From: the human T2T-CHM13v2.0 reference genome, Homo sapiens | DNA length: 64,000 bases | Strand: one strand, 5' to 3' | NCBI RefSeq assembly: GCF_009914755.1 | Contig: NC_060928.1 | Part shown: piece by piece, positions 1-14,299 of the stretch | Numbering within the stretch: position 1 is the first letter of the stretch | Layout of the letters: the number at the start of each line of letters is the position of its first letter | Made by a program: the position numbers and the translations under genes | Notes under the pieces: generated by a model | What the model was told of the DNA's origin: nothing | The model's input: the letters and a program-made list of their open reading frames with translations, nothing else | Databases searched by the model: none

Positions 1-279
1 CATCAGAAGTTAACAAAAGAAATGAGTGGGTTGAAATTGGCTGATGGGAATCCAGTGTGTCGCTTAGTGCAGCATCCATGTCACACAGGGTTTCTTACTG
101 CACTCAGTGATTACATCTTCCCAGGGAAGCCTTCCTTGCGCCCAACTTTCAGACACCCACGTCCTTCCATTACTGTCCTTACTAATATGAGCTATGATTC
201 CTTGTATAGACATCTATCTACTCTCCAGAGTACAAATCTTGCCTTCTTTGGAGAGAAAACAGAGTATTAACAATTTGGG

Positions 280-360
280 TGCCAGAATCAGACAGACCTA
301 AGTTTGAATCCTGGCTCCACCAATTACTGCTTGTTAAGGTCTTGGGCAAATTGACTCCTG
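280..360 (+). mobile_element. MIR SINE 5' fragment (3' part probably at ~1515-1590, split by later LTR insertions)
   Basis: cagacagacctaagtttgaatcctggctccacc...cttgggcaaattgac resembles the MIR 5'/core consensus. Confidence 0.7.
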
Positions 361-376
361 TGTGCCCCAGTTGACT

Positions 377-869
377 TGTATTAGTTTTCTGTAGCTGCTG
401 TAACAAAGTACCACAAGCTTGGTGGCTTAAAATGACAAAAATGTCTTCTCTCACAATTCTGGAGACAAGGAGTTGGAAATCAGTGTGAGTCGGCTGAAAC
501 GAAGGTCTCGGCAGGGCCGTGCTCCCTCTGGAGGCTCCAGGAGAGAATTCTCTCCCTGCCTCTTCCAGTTTCGGATGGCTGCGGACATTCTTCCACCCGA
601 CTGCCTCACTCCAGTCTTTGCCTCTGTGGTCACATTGCCTTCTCCTATTCCATGTGTATCGAATCGCCCTCTGCCTCGTCACATGAATCTTATCAGAGGA
701 TGTATGTGACAGCATTTAGGGCCCATCTGGATAATCCAGGAAAATCTCCCCATCGCAAAATCCTTAGCTTACTCACCTCTGCAAAGACTCTTTTCCCAAA
801 TAAGATAACACTTACAAATTCCAGTTGTTTGAACCTGACATTTTAGGGGCTGCCATTCAGTCTACTACA
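377..869 (-). mobile_element. MaLR LTR, MLT1C/D-like solo LTR
   Basis: Starts tgtattagttttct...gctgctgtaacaaagtaccac, contains ggataatccagga...tctgcaaagactcttttccca, ends ctactaca: reverse MLT1 signature. Confidence 0.85.
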
Positions 870-974
870 TTCCCTAACCGTGAGTTATATATGTATTAAA
901 ATATTATTTTTATATTTTACTATTTAACTGTAAATGAAAATAGATGTCCTATTCAAAATCTGGATATGAATTGT

Positions 975-1510
975 TTTTGTCTGAGTTCCCCCGTCCCCAC
1001 TCCCCCTGAGCAGGCTGGAGACCAAGGACGTGCATGCAAGTAGTTGGGGCGTGGGGGAAGTGGTCCCAGGAAACAGGAGGGTGGAACTAGGAACAGTTAG
1101 ACGGAAATGGAGGGAAAGTCAATATAAGCGTACATTATTGAGCTAGCCTTTCTGGGCAGCTGGAGCTCAACCTTGCTGGTACCCTCTGAGGAGCTGTGTA
1201 GATGACCTCTGAGTTGTCCTTTTGAGGGATAGAGGATGGGAGCATTTATCCACCATCACTCATCTTCCATGGGTCCCGTGAGCAGCTTCCCCACACTTTC
1301 AAGCTTGAGCACACATCAGAATAGTTGAGCAATTTCCCACAGGTAAAATCCTTGGCAGAAGCAGTGAAACCCCAGGGCAGAAAGCGAGAGATAAGTGGTA
1401 TAGCTGAAACAAGGTACTGCCAACTTATACCTGGAGGAAACTGGTTGTCATGGCAACAGCTAGACTAAAAAGATGAGTCAAGAAGATATCAGATGAGGCA
1501 TACAACAGTC
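975..1510 (-). mobile_element. ERVL LTR, LTR33-like
   Basis: gggcagctggagctcaaccttgctggtaccctctgaggagctgtgtag...gggagcatttatccacc resembles reverse LTR33. Confidence 0.6.
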
Positions 1511-1629
1511 CTGTACGTTTAGGGTTGTTGTAAGGATTAAATACCACAAAGTATGTATCTAATACATGGTAAACCTTCAAAAGAAACAGCCATTATTTTG
1601 GTTAACGTGGTTACTAAATACCTGTCCTT

Positions 1630-1785
1630 ATATCACATGCCTAGCATAGTGCCTAGCACATGGGAAACTTGCAATATATCTTTGCTGGCTGGAAGGCTGA
1701 AGGAATGGAAGGAAGGATAAGTGGATGGATGGATAGGTAGATGGATGGATAGGTGAATGGATGGGTGGATGAGTGAGTGGACTGA
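1630..1785 (+). repeat. L2 3' end followed by GGAT/GGAA-type simple repeat
   Basis: cctagcatagtgcctagcacat then degenerate ggat repeats. Confidence 0.65.
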
Positions 1786-2042
1786 CAAAAGCAAACGAAC
1801 ATACCAGCGTATGTGCTTTGATATTTTCTCAGAAAGAAGCCACAAGTGTCTCTCTAATTAATAAATCAAGTAGTCAGATGTAGGAGCTGTGATGCCTCGG
1901 AAGAACATAATAAATATATAGCACCTGAGATTAATGCTCTCTTAACTTAACTGGTAAATTTCTTTTCTTCCACTACAACTGAAGTTCAATTCACTTAGAA
2001 TTTCCATTGCCCTGGACAATTTTGAGATTCAGATCTCAGCTG

Positions 2043-2359
<317 letters not shown>

Positions 2360-2589
2360 CAGATCTCAGCTGTTTTAATCTGGCTGGGAGTAAATTAGGA
2401 ACCTCATGGTATCATGTGCTGGAAGCAACTTGACTTTTGATCTTAGAGTGAAATATTTTCTTTAGACCCATGTGCACTCTATTTTTACCCTCATTCTGGG
2501 GTGCAGGATTACAGACGAGCAACTTGACAATAGTCTTGTGAGAGGGAGTATATGCTTCCTCATGTCGTCATCATCTTAAACACTTCATG

Positions 2590-3770
2590 CTTCACCAAAG
2601 CTTACTAGGCAGCACCGCTTGTGTTGGGATCTAAGAATAAAAGATTCATACTTCTGTCCTGAATGAATGCACATCCTATTTGAAGAGATAGTGTTGTTAC
2701 ATAAAAATAAATAATGTTGTTAGACACTTATCATGAGGGCCTAGTGAATGCTCCCGACAAAACTCCTGAAGTTCTGGAATGGAGGAAGGGTACTGCAAGT
2801 TAGGGAAGCTCATCAAATCTTCCTGAAAGAGATAGAGCAAGCTCAGGCCTTGAAGAGAGTATAGGTGTGGATACTTTGAAAGCGGGCAGGAGGAAGCAAT
2901 TCCAGGCAAGAGGAATCGTGTTGGGTAAGAACTCATGACTCTTTCAGGGGAGCTCAGGCCAGGGGCTTTTAAGCAGATGAGCCTGCAAACAAGAGAGGAA
3001 AAAGTATTAGTGCTCTCCCATTCATCATAGCACAAAGAAGAAAGGCTGCTACGCAGAGCAGAGCCAGTCCACCTATTTGTGATCTGGTGGCTACAGTGCC
3101 AAGAACAACTTAATTTGGGGCTTAGGCTAGTGAGATCACACTTGGCTAACTTTCCTCCAGCCAGATCATGGTTGGAGGATGCTCTCCGGAAGACTGTTAG
3201 GAAACAAAGTCCTTCCTCTCTTAATCTTTTAACCATATGCGTTCCATCTCCCCTGCCTCTGCCTGGTCTTCAGTTGAAGGAAAAGATTATCCTCCTGGGT
3301 TTACTCATTTATTCATCTGTTCATTCAACAAATATTTATTGAGCATCCACTTTGTGCTAGACTCTGCCAGGCACTGGGAAGTCAGTGGCAAACATCTTTG
3401 ATAAAGGCAGAGTTTTAAGATGTAAATATGGGGGGTTGCTTAATCAGAAAGAGGGGGAAACCTGAGCTAAGCTGAGAGTTGCTCAGCTGAGAGGACAGCA
3501 GGATGAGCTAGAGTCAGTCCGGTGAAAATGTGGGGCAAGATCATTCCAGAGACAGGGAACAGATCCTCTAATGACCTTGTGATGGAAGAGAGCAAAACTC
3601 ATTTGGGGAACCAAGAGAAGGCCAGCTGAGACCAGGGCAGAAAGACCAAAAGGAGTAGAGGGCAGGATGAGTTTGGAGAGGCAGACATGGCCTGATGAGG
3701 TAAGACCTTGTGGTCCAGGCCACGGATTTTGGCTGTTAGCCTAAGAGTGATGGGGAGCCATCAGTGACCC
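2590..3770 (-). mobile_element. L2 LINE fragments (about 2590-2960 and 3305-3770)
   Basis: cattcaacaaatatttattgagc...gccaggcactggg is the reverse L2 3' end; gaagcaattccaggcaagagg and cattccagagacagggaacag motifs. Confidence 0.7.
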
Positions 3771-3929
3771 AAGTGAGTGCTGTTTCTGTGAAGCAACAGA
3801 GTTGGCTACCAGGCTGGAGTGGAGTTAGTACATGCTTTGCTAGTGTTAGTGGCTCAGGCATCTGGCTTTGTGATAGTAAAATATAAAATAGTTTGGCATA
3901 TCAGTCTGCAGAGAATGAGAAAAGGGAGC

Positions 3930-4155
3930 AGAGAAGGGTATGATGATTCTTTTTAAGAGCATAATGTCAAAATTACACACACTATTTCTGCTCACATCCT
4001 ATTAACCATAATATTCTCTTGGCCTCTCCTAGCTACAAGGAAAGCTGGGAAATGTGGTCTTTCTCCTAAGCAGCACTACACCTGGAGCTAAAATTTCTAC
4101 CACTTCTCCATAGAAGAGAGAATGATTGTTGGGGAAGAGTTGACAGTCTCTGTCA
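3930..4155 (-). mobile_element. MLT1J/K-like MaLR LTR fragment
   Basis: cctagctacaaggaaagctgggaaatgtggtcttt is a hallmark of old MLT1 elements. Confidence 0.55.
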
Positions 4156-4311
4156 TAGGGCCCTCACTGATCTTTTCAGTCAAGGCCAATTAATAATACA
4201 GACATGCAGTCATTCAGTGAGCGCCTACTGTATGCCATGCTCTGAGCCCTATGCAGAGATTATACAGATGAATGAGGCACAATAACTACATTCAAGTAGC
4301 TCATAATCTAG

Positions 4312-4480
4312 TGTAGTGGAACTCAAACTGGGTCCCTTAGTCACCTGGGAGGTATTAAATATCTCAATGCTCAGGTCTCACCTCTTGCCAATTAAATCAG
4401 AACCTCTGAGGATGAGACCCTATTATTGGCCATATCTTAAAACCCCCCGGTGCTTCCAGCATGCCAGTCTTCCACTGCTG
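4312..4480. mobile_element. MER5-like hAT-Charlie MITE inserted into L2 fragments (4205-4750)
   Basis: agtggaactcaaactg...aattaaatcagaacctctgaggatgagaccc...ccactg. Confidence 0.65.
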
Positions 4481-7049
4481 ATTTAGTGGGAAGAGAGATA
4501 GGTTAACAAATGGCTGCAACATAAGGCAATAGTGCTCTAATAGAGAAAAATACAATCTCTGTGGGAACCAGTGTGATTCCTTGAATAGACAAGGGTCATC
4601 AGAGAAGCCTGCACAAAAGAGGTGATACATGAGCAGAGTCTTAGAAGATCAGTGGCTGTTTGCCTGTTTGCCAGATGGGCATGGTTGGGAAGGGCATTCT
4701 GATAAAGGAGCATGTACAAAAGCATGGATCTACAAACCATTTTGGAACTCCAAAGTCAATAGATATCTTTTCTCCAAGTTATACTGGACCATAGACCAGT
4801 CAGAGTCCAGGTCATGGTACCTGAAAGCAACTCCCAGTCTGCAAATGACTAAATATTTAACATTTTATACTTATTCCCTTACCAGTACCTATAAACACTT
4901 GGTCTTGTAGGTTCCTGGGGTATCTCTGAGTCCCGTGGCTATGGGATGATGAGGCAGAATATCTTTCTGATGGGTCACGGTAAGGGCACCACCAAATAGA
5001 ATGGATGTCAACTGGATGCCAGCTGGAATAGATTCCTGGAGATCCTCTGCAGTGTCCACGTTTAAGCCTTTAATTGCTAGAACATGGGGAGCTCCAGAGG
5101 CTAGCAGGGGGTGGTGGGGGGGGATCTTAAGGGTTGAATTCAGAAGGCCAGGTTAGCAGGGGTGCACTCTGGGGGCTCAGATATTTTAGAAAATGATATA
5201 ACTACACAGTTGCATGCTAGCTTTATGTCAGCCCTGGGCCAGGGGACCCATGGAGCATCAGATAGTCAGCTATTATTCTAGTCACATGCAGATGTTAATG
5301 ATGCTGAGGTGAGTGAGGCCACCAACAAAGTAGAGATAAGGCAAGTGATGGGGGCATCAAGAAGGAATACTAGAGCATTAATGGAGTGGAGTAGGGAAAT
5401 GTAGGGCAAGAGTGATGGAAGAAAGGAAGACATCATGGAAGTCAGGAGCCCCGTGAAAGGCTGCAGCTGGAAGCTCCTGGCATCAAATCACTAGCAAATA
5501 TTTCTCTGCAGCCTCCTTCAGTCCTGTCCAGTCTTTGACCTAGGCTGAGGTTGCGCAAAATGGCAAGGATCAGACCTCTGGTATGGCCAGAGTTTTCTAG
5601 CTCAATCCCCAGTGACTCAGAAGGACAGAGAAGTGAAGCAAGGAATGTGCCGAACATGGCTGTCACCTATGAATGCACACAGCTGGCCAAGAGAGGAAGG
5701 TCCAGGGAAGAGTGACTTATGTCAGGCTCAGCTTTGGCCTCTTATCCAAAATGTGGAGTGGACAATAGGGAGCCATTGTGTATCCAATCAACTCTCATTT
5801 ATCCAGGGGCATATTCTCCACTCTGTGGGTTCCCTCTACTTTCTTTGAGTTTCCTCCAGCTGTCTGCCCTTTGACCGTTTTCCTGCCCATCAGAGCCACA
5901 GTCAGAGGGTGGGAAGGTGGAAGAAGGGGGAGGAAGTAAATTTCAGATCAGTCATTTCATAGCTATTCCTCAGACATTCTTGCAAAAGGGAGAGAGTCAC
6001 TGGTTAAACTAACATTCAGTTTATTTGGGGTTTTAATTTATCAGGCTCTGCCTCATCCTTCATTAGCATGGATAATTGGTAATTGGTTAAGTAATATTTA
6101 TTCAATCTGTGGCGCCTCAACTATTGTAGCTGCCTTGTTTCATTTGAAAAATAGCCTGCATTAGTAAAAGCTATATTGAAATGATTTTCTTAATGCACTT
6201 AGAGCTCTGCTATTTTAGCATAAAACCTATATCTGCATTCCCTATTTGTAGGGGGAAGAGGTTGAAGTAGTTGGAGTAACCACCAATATGTGGGGTTCAT
6301 GTCCTTTGGAATATTTAAGTAAAATGCTTTAAAGTTATATTTGTCTCACTTTCGAGTAAAGCAATCCAAATCCGAAACAGATTTGCATGGATGTTTTTAA
6401 AGATCTCCCCTGAGGTTTTTGTGTGGTCAAGGTGAAAGTGGGGCATAGGTTTCTGATTCCTTTCCTACCACTGATCCCCTTACTGTGGACATCTTAGTTT
6501 ACTCCCTTGCATAAAACAAAGGTCATTCTTTTCCTTACTGGAGTTAAAAAAAAGTTGAACTAACTTATGTCTATACAGAAAAAAAGGTAATTGCATTTGG
6601 AGGCATCTCTCAAGTTTATAATAGCATTTAAAATGAAACCTTACAGCTAGGCAAAATAGGGTGAGATAGATGACTTGGTTTTATTACCAGGCTACAGTGT
6701 AAGGGAAGCAGAATTTACACTCTAAAATTGAAACAAAAGTTTGGTGTTAAAAAAAAAATCTACCAAATCGTAGTGGGTTGCTTTTGGGTTTTGGGTTTGG
6801 TTTTGTTTTGTTTTTTGTTTGTTTGTTTGGTACTTTTAACTATGGATAATTCATAGTGTTTTGAATTGCTTAGAATTAATATATTTTTTAAAAGAGTAGG
6901 ACCAGCTGCCATGAACCACAGCAGAGTTAGGCTGAGATCTGGACTGGTTAAGTGCTGAGGCTTTGGATTCAGAATAGAGCAGCCAAGATTTGAGCAGGGC
7001 TGAAGCCAACCCCGTTGCCCACAAGTACAAATCTGCCCTGTGGCCAAGG

Positions 7050-7240
7050 GGACCTGAGACTGGGTTTGACCCCTAACTTTGCCACTTATTTGCCAGCTGT
7101 TAGTAACCCTCTGAGCCTCAGTTTTATGATCTAATGAGTGGGAGTGATAAGGGCTCCTGCCTTCTAGTGTTTGGGGAGGGACTAAATGCCAGAACTCTTA
7201 GCATGATGCCTGGCACAAAATAAGTGCTCAATAATGTTCA
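7050..7240 (+). mobile_element. MIR SINE
   Basis: ctgggtttgac...gccactta...ctctgagcctcagtttt...gcctggcacaaaataagtgctcaataa. Confidence 0.8.
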
Positions 7241-9140
7241 ATATCTTCAAGACTTGAATTTCTAGCACAGCCTCAGTGCCCTGAAAATCATCAGTAGTTA
7301 TGAGAAAAAGTATGTGAGAAGAAGAGAAGTATAGAAGAAAGTTGTGAGAAGAAAGAATTTCAACTGCACAAAAATGATCCTTCCAAGATACCGTACTGAT
7401 TTATCCATTCATTATTTCATACATACAGCTATATTACAAGCCTAACTGGTGCAGCAGATAGCTGCATTTTAACTTTCAAGCAGAGACGTATCTTGGGTTA
7501 AGTTGGCTTGGCAACCTATGTGCTTTTTATAGATAGATTTTGACAAAGGTCCTGAAATCGTTTGTTGAAACCTTCAGATATTCCCCTTTCTCTCCTAGAG
7601 CAGCCTGCTAGATAGAACCAAAAATGTAAATAGACTGTCTGGTAGGTGATCTGAACAGACACTTGCCTGGTCTCATACAATGTATGGAACTGCTGCCTCC
7701 TGTTTGGGCATTGCAGAAAACATTTGGATTGCTTTAGATGCCTTACCATGCTAATTAAATAAAAAATAACTAATTAAATGTCATAATGCATGATGTAAAC
7801 TTGTTAATGTCAGGGGAGATTTTTAAAAACAACTATCAAGATAGGCAAATTTGTCACATGTCAACATTTTTAGTTAATCTTCAGTGGTGAATAAGTAAAT
7901 TTTATTTAAGAAATTTGAAAACTGTCTGGCGATATGATTAGGGCATCCTATATTTTGTGCCTGATTAGACTGTGGCTTATAAGGGGGGCTGGAGAGTCTC
8001 TTCTGAATAGTTAACTACCCATTTTTTCAATTAAGCATAATGTTATGTTAACATCCTTAAAGAGGTAAATGATGGCACGGTAAATCCAATTAGAATACAT
8101 ACTACAACTGGATTCTCTTGCAATTTTCAAAAAGCTGATTGCATTTTACGTCTTCCCTGCTATTGTCAGAGTGGCTTTACCACAAGTTGCTGCACCCCGC
8201 CTGGTGTCTGTGTCTCTGAGTGGTGACCTTTGCTGTAAGAGCTGCTGCAGACATCACCAACTCTCACATCAATTTGCTACAATTGGATGTGGCATCTTGC
8301 AGCTAATTTGATTTGGGAAGAAATGCACCTGGCTCTGTTTTTTCCCTATAGAATGTGGAGGGAGTTCTGAGTCCTCGCAGATGCCATCTAACCGAGGAGC
8401 CCATGTGTTTTTCAAGGTCTAAGCAGTTTGTCTTCATCTCCCCAAATACAGCCCATTAGAAAGGGAGAGAAGCTGAATTATTTAACTCAAAAATCAATTA
8501 AACTGGGGTCAGGGAGGGAGAAAGAGAAACCAAATGGACTGAAAAATACAACTGTTGATATAACTTCCAGTCTTCTTGCCTTAAAAGAGAAGCAAACTCT
8601 TTATTTAGCTTTTCAACTCCACTTTCTTTGTTTTTATCAGATCAATTAAATGCAATTTCCCCCCATCAGAACTCAAGGAATGCTAACCTATCAAATTCAT
8701 ACTATTTGAAAGAAATACAAACACAAATATAGTTGTGTGGGGTTTTTTTATGTTTCAAACTGATTTGAGGTTGTAGAAAATATGTAAAATGGCAATGTGC
8801 TTAATCTATTATTGATAAATTTAAATAGATCAAGGGACTGTCAGTTGAAGGAAAAATAGAAGTCTCAGGCCTTTTATTCAGTGACCCACATCTTATCTCA
8901 ATTATATTCCAGATATTGAGAAGCAAAATAATCAACAACAACAAAACCTGCCTTGTAAATATGATTTACATTGATTATGTGGGGATGTTCTGAAGGTAAG
9001 GAGGAAAAAAGGATTATTGAGTATTTGCCCTAGTGTTGCACATTAGGTTTAATTTGCATGGTGAGGGTGTGCTTTCCTGGAGAGGTAAAAAAAAATGTTA
9101 ATTGTGTAGAACTCTCCAAGGTTGACTCACATCTTATCTA

Positions 9141-9570
<430 letters not shown>

Positions 9571-10469
9571 TTACACGTAACTGCAGCTATTAAGGGTCTA
9601 ACTTCATACCACACATGCACGTTTGAAATAAAGATATGAATGATTTTTGTCAGGGAGAAGAAAGGAGCTGTCACCAACTCAAAGCAACATGAGAGCAAGA
9701 ATCATGCTAATTTTGCCGTCTGCCTCTCCTATGTTCTTGGTGCCAAGTCTGTAGTTGAGGTTCATTTACCTGAATGAGTGACTAAAGCTTTATAACTTGA
9801 ACACTTTGAATACATAGATCTAGCATAAATAAGCCTATTAATGGCAACTTTGACCTGTCAAGCAATAACCAAATGATTTGTGTGCCTGCTGGATTGTCTG
9901 GTGATTTTTGCTTTAAAGGGCAGTATGTGAGTATTATTATCACAATTCCCTTGCATACTTTTGCTTCTTCTTCCCCTGCCTCTTAAAGATAGAAAAGATA
10001 GATAGAACATTTAAAGATGTAGAGATAAAGGGCAACTCATTTTAGACTGGTAAGACTGGGAGGTGATATCATTTCCAACAAAAGGTGGGAGGCAAGGAAG
10101 AATTTAAAACCCAGAGGCAGAAAGCAAAATCAAAATAAGTTCCCAGAACTCTCCCTATCCCACAACTACCACTACCAAAGGGCCTTCCAGTGCAGCTTCA
10201 TTGTTTTCTCTGGACTTGTATGAATTTGCAGATCATTAGACTGCTCCAGGAAGATCTTTTAAAACAATCATTATGCGTAATTTTTCATTTGAGTTTATTG
10301 GAGCCACAACTCATCGCCATGAGACCCAGTGACCTGAACAGGAAAATAGTCTTAAGGACTGCTTTATTTCTTCAGAGCCTATAGGGTAGGACTCAATAAA
10401 TATCTAAATTAATAATGAATCAATTGATTAATTAATGGATATAGAAACTCACTGTTAGGAGAGGTTGGC

Positions 10470-10930
10470 TGGAGGTAGCAGAAATCAAAATAACAGTGAG
10501 AACCAAGGAAAAGTTGACTTCACGCTCATGTAAAAGAATTCTGGAGGCCAACAATATGAGGCTGATATAGACAGCAGTTCCAGTTCCATGATGTCTTCCA
10601 AGACACAGGCTTTTGTCTTTCTGCAGCTATTCTCAGAGTGTGGTTTGTACCCTCATGATTTAGGACTGCAACCATCACATCCAAGTTGAAGATAGGAAGG
10701 CAGAGAGGTAGAAGGTGAGACCCTTTAATCTGAGGTAGCTACTGTTCAGCATCCTGGAAGGTCCCACAACAATTCCACTTACGCTGGCACCTAAATTGTA
10801 GTCATACAGCCACACCTATCTTCAAGAAGGAATTGGAAATGTTATCTTTTGTCTAAGCCTGGAATTCACGTTCTAATACTAAGGAAAGTAAAATACATAT
10901 TGTATTAGGCAATAGCAATATCTACTACAT
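10470..10930 (-). mobile_element. MLT1J-like MaLR LTR (degenerate)
   Basis: aaaataacagtg...tcatgtaaaagaattctggagg...gtcatacagccacacctatcttcaag...ggaaatgt. Confidence 0.5.
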
Positions 10931-10985
10931 TAGATTTGTAAAGGAATAGAGCTTTGTAAAGGAAATAGAGATTTGTAAAGGAAAA
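10931..10985. repeat. Three imperfect tandem copies of a ~20-bp unit (tagagatttgtaaaggaaa)
   Basis: tttgtaaaggaa occurs three times in a row. Confidence 0.8.
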
Positions 10986-11094
10986 CGAATTGATTCCTTC
11001 ATCTAGCCTGATTATTCATTTCTTCCACATACCTGTCTGGTGTAGAAGAGAAAGGGGCAAATAGTTTTCTTAAGCATAAATGTCAAAGACATTG

Positions 11095-11320
11095 AATAAT
11101 AACATAGTGTTTCTTTGTGTCAAGCAGTGTTCTAAGTACTTTACATATATTAATTCACTTAATCCTAACAACAACCTTATGAAAATGGTGCTTTTATTAT
11201 CATCATGTCACAGTTAAGACTTTAAGACACAGAGAGGTTAAGTGATTTGCCCAGGGTCACACAGCTAATAAGTGTCAGAGTCAGGATCAAACCCAGGCAG
11301 TCTGACTCTTAATCAACTAA
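11095..11320 (-). mobile_element. MIR SINE
   Basis: acagagaggttaagtgatttgcccagggtcacacagcta...aacccaggcagtctgactc. Confidence 0.9.
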
Positions 11321-11799
11321 TCAACTGATCAAAACAAGGAATGAGCAGTTTAGCATAAAGTTAAAGATCAAATTTTTAGACTTTCCCAAAAAGCAATGTC
11401 TTAATCAAAACGAGATGAAGCACAACTCAGGAATTAGACTTCAATCCTCTCCTCTTACCCTCCATTTTATAGTTAACATGTTCTTAACTTAAAGTTCCTA
11501 AAATGCTAAAATGTTTGTATCATGTTTTCATTTGTGGTAGATAATTCAAAGGAATAGGTGTTAGGAAAACTTAAAAACACTTTTTGGATGAAATAACTCA
11601 AAATATAATTTTGTTCTCCTCCTGGTTATAGCCATACACTTACACATCTCAAAGCAAAATATGTAATGGTCAATTCCAAGTCCTAAAGGCCCACTATGCT
11701 AATGGCTCACAGCTAAATGAGCTGCAATTTCAAGTAGTTACATTGTAGTTTCTCCCTCCTTTCCTGCTCACATCTTCTCCCCAGGCAAACAGATGGACC

Positions 11800-12200
11800 C
11801 ACTGTCCCCTGAACAAACCTGCAGGGTTTTTTTAAAAAATCTGTTATTTGATTGATTTTGCCTCCATCTTGGAATGCCTTCCCCACTGCCCTCTGCCTGT
11901 GTGAACAATCTTTGTCTTTCAAGATCAGCTCAAATCTGACCACAAAACTCTTTACCCACCCACTTGCTCCTCCTCCAGGGCTCCTCACATCAGTAAATGC
12001 CACCATCATACAGTTAGTTTGTTCCCTGGTCTCCACCCTCCCGTGATCTCCTGCACAAAGCCCTATTAAACTTCAAATGTGTCATGAATCTGTTCCCCTC
12101 TCTTATCTCTACAGCAATCACCTTCCCCAAGTTACTGCAATAAACTTTCTAAACTTGTCTCTCCACTTACATCCTCAGTCTTTGGGTTCCCTATTAATCT
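11800..12200 (+). mobile_element. L2 fragments
   Basis: ctccatcttggaatgccttcccc...ctttcaagatcagctcaaat. Confidence 0.6.
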
Positions 12201-13690
12201 ATTGTTTCTCACTTTCTATGTCTAATTTGTTTGCTAGGGCTAGGGCTCTGCAAACTGCATTTCTGCTTTGCCGTTGTACTAGTAGGGGGCTCCAAAGGGA
12301 GCCGTGAAGGAAGAAGATGGGAAGAGCCTTACTCCTCGCTGCTTGCTTGCTGCTCCTGCCAGCATGACCATATGATGAGGGGACCACCAGGAGTGAGGGT
12401 TTCAGTAACCATTGGTTCCAGTTTCCAGATTTTTTCCCCACCATCCCAGAACTGGGCTCATTACACTAGCTCAGAGGTACTAGCACTAGCTGGGAATGCC
12501 CTGTCTTCAGAGATCTAGGTCCACTTCTGCAGGGCTCCTCTGAACTCTTAAGATACCAACACTAACTTGATGGTGAGTGTCTGTTCTCAGGGTTAGAGTC
12601 CCAGCTCCACGAGGCCACCAAGCTTCTAAGTTCTTATAACCCCAACCTCTTTCCTGTGTTCCCTCAACCTTAGTAGTGGTAGTTGTCTCCCAAAGTTACT
12701 ATGCTGTTAGGAGGGACCTTCAAATAGTTCATGGAAAATGTAATTAAAAGATCAAAATAAAAAATATAAACTTTCTTTCTTAACAAAAGCTTCATCAAGT
12801 TCAAGACACTTTTCAAAGCCAAGACACCAGCTACTTAGCCCATTCCTAAGTAACTGAGGGTCCTGGGAATTTAACCATGTCAGTACAGTCTTTTTTACAT
12901 TACTAATTGAAGAAAAATGGGTGTCCTTTAAAGATTTTTTAAGATTAGGAAACCAAAAGAAGTCAGAAGGAGCCAAATCAGGACTGTAAGTAGGATGCCT
13001 AATGATTTCCCATCAAAACTCTCAAAAAAATTGCCTCTGTTTGATGAGAGGAATGAGCAAGAGCATTGACATGGTGGAGAAGGATTCCGGTGACGCTTTC
13101 CCAGGTGTTTTTCTGCTAAAGCTTTGGCTAACTTCCTCAAAACACTCTCATAATAAGCAGATGTAATTGTTGTTTGGCCCTCCGGAAAGCCAACAAGCAA
13201 AATGCCTTGAGCCTCCCAAAAAACTCTTGCCATGACCTTTGCTCTTGACCAGTCCACTTTTGTCCTGATGGGACCACTTCCACCTCTTGGTAGCCATTGC
13301 TTTGATTGTGCTTTGTCTTCAGTATCTTACTGGTAGGGCCACGTTTCATCTCCTGTTAGAATTCTTCAAAGAAATGCTTCAGGATCTTGATCCCACTTGT
13401 TTAAAATTTTCATTGAAAGCTCTGTTCTTGACTGCAGCTGATCTGGGTGCATTAGTTTTGGCAACCATTGAATGGGAAGTTTACTCAGCTTTAATATTTC
13501 AGTCAGAATTGTGTAAGCTGAACAAATTGAGATGTCCATGGTGTTAGCTATTGTTCCTGCTGTTAATCATCAGTCCTCTTCCATTAGGGCACAAACAAGA
13601 TTAATTTTTTCCTTGTAAATGGATGTCGCTGGTCTGCTGGGAGGGACTTCATCTTCAACATCATCTCATCCCTTCTTAAGAAAAGTTATC

Positions 13691-14299
<609 letters not shown>

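Noticed and set aside
10931-10985. Short repeated units as a CRISPR-like array (also 55938-55975)
   Set aside because: No unique spacers, only 2-3 copies, and eukaryotic context; these are simple slippage duplications.
12752-13349. Transposase-like ORFs as an active or domesticated gene
   Set aside because: Fragmented across frames and interrupted by two Alus.
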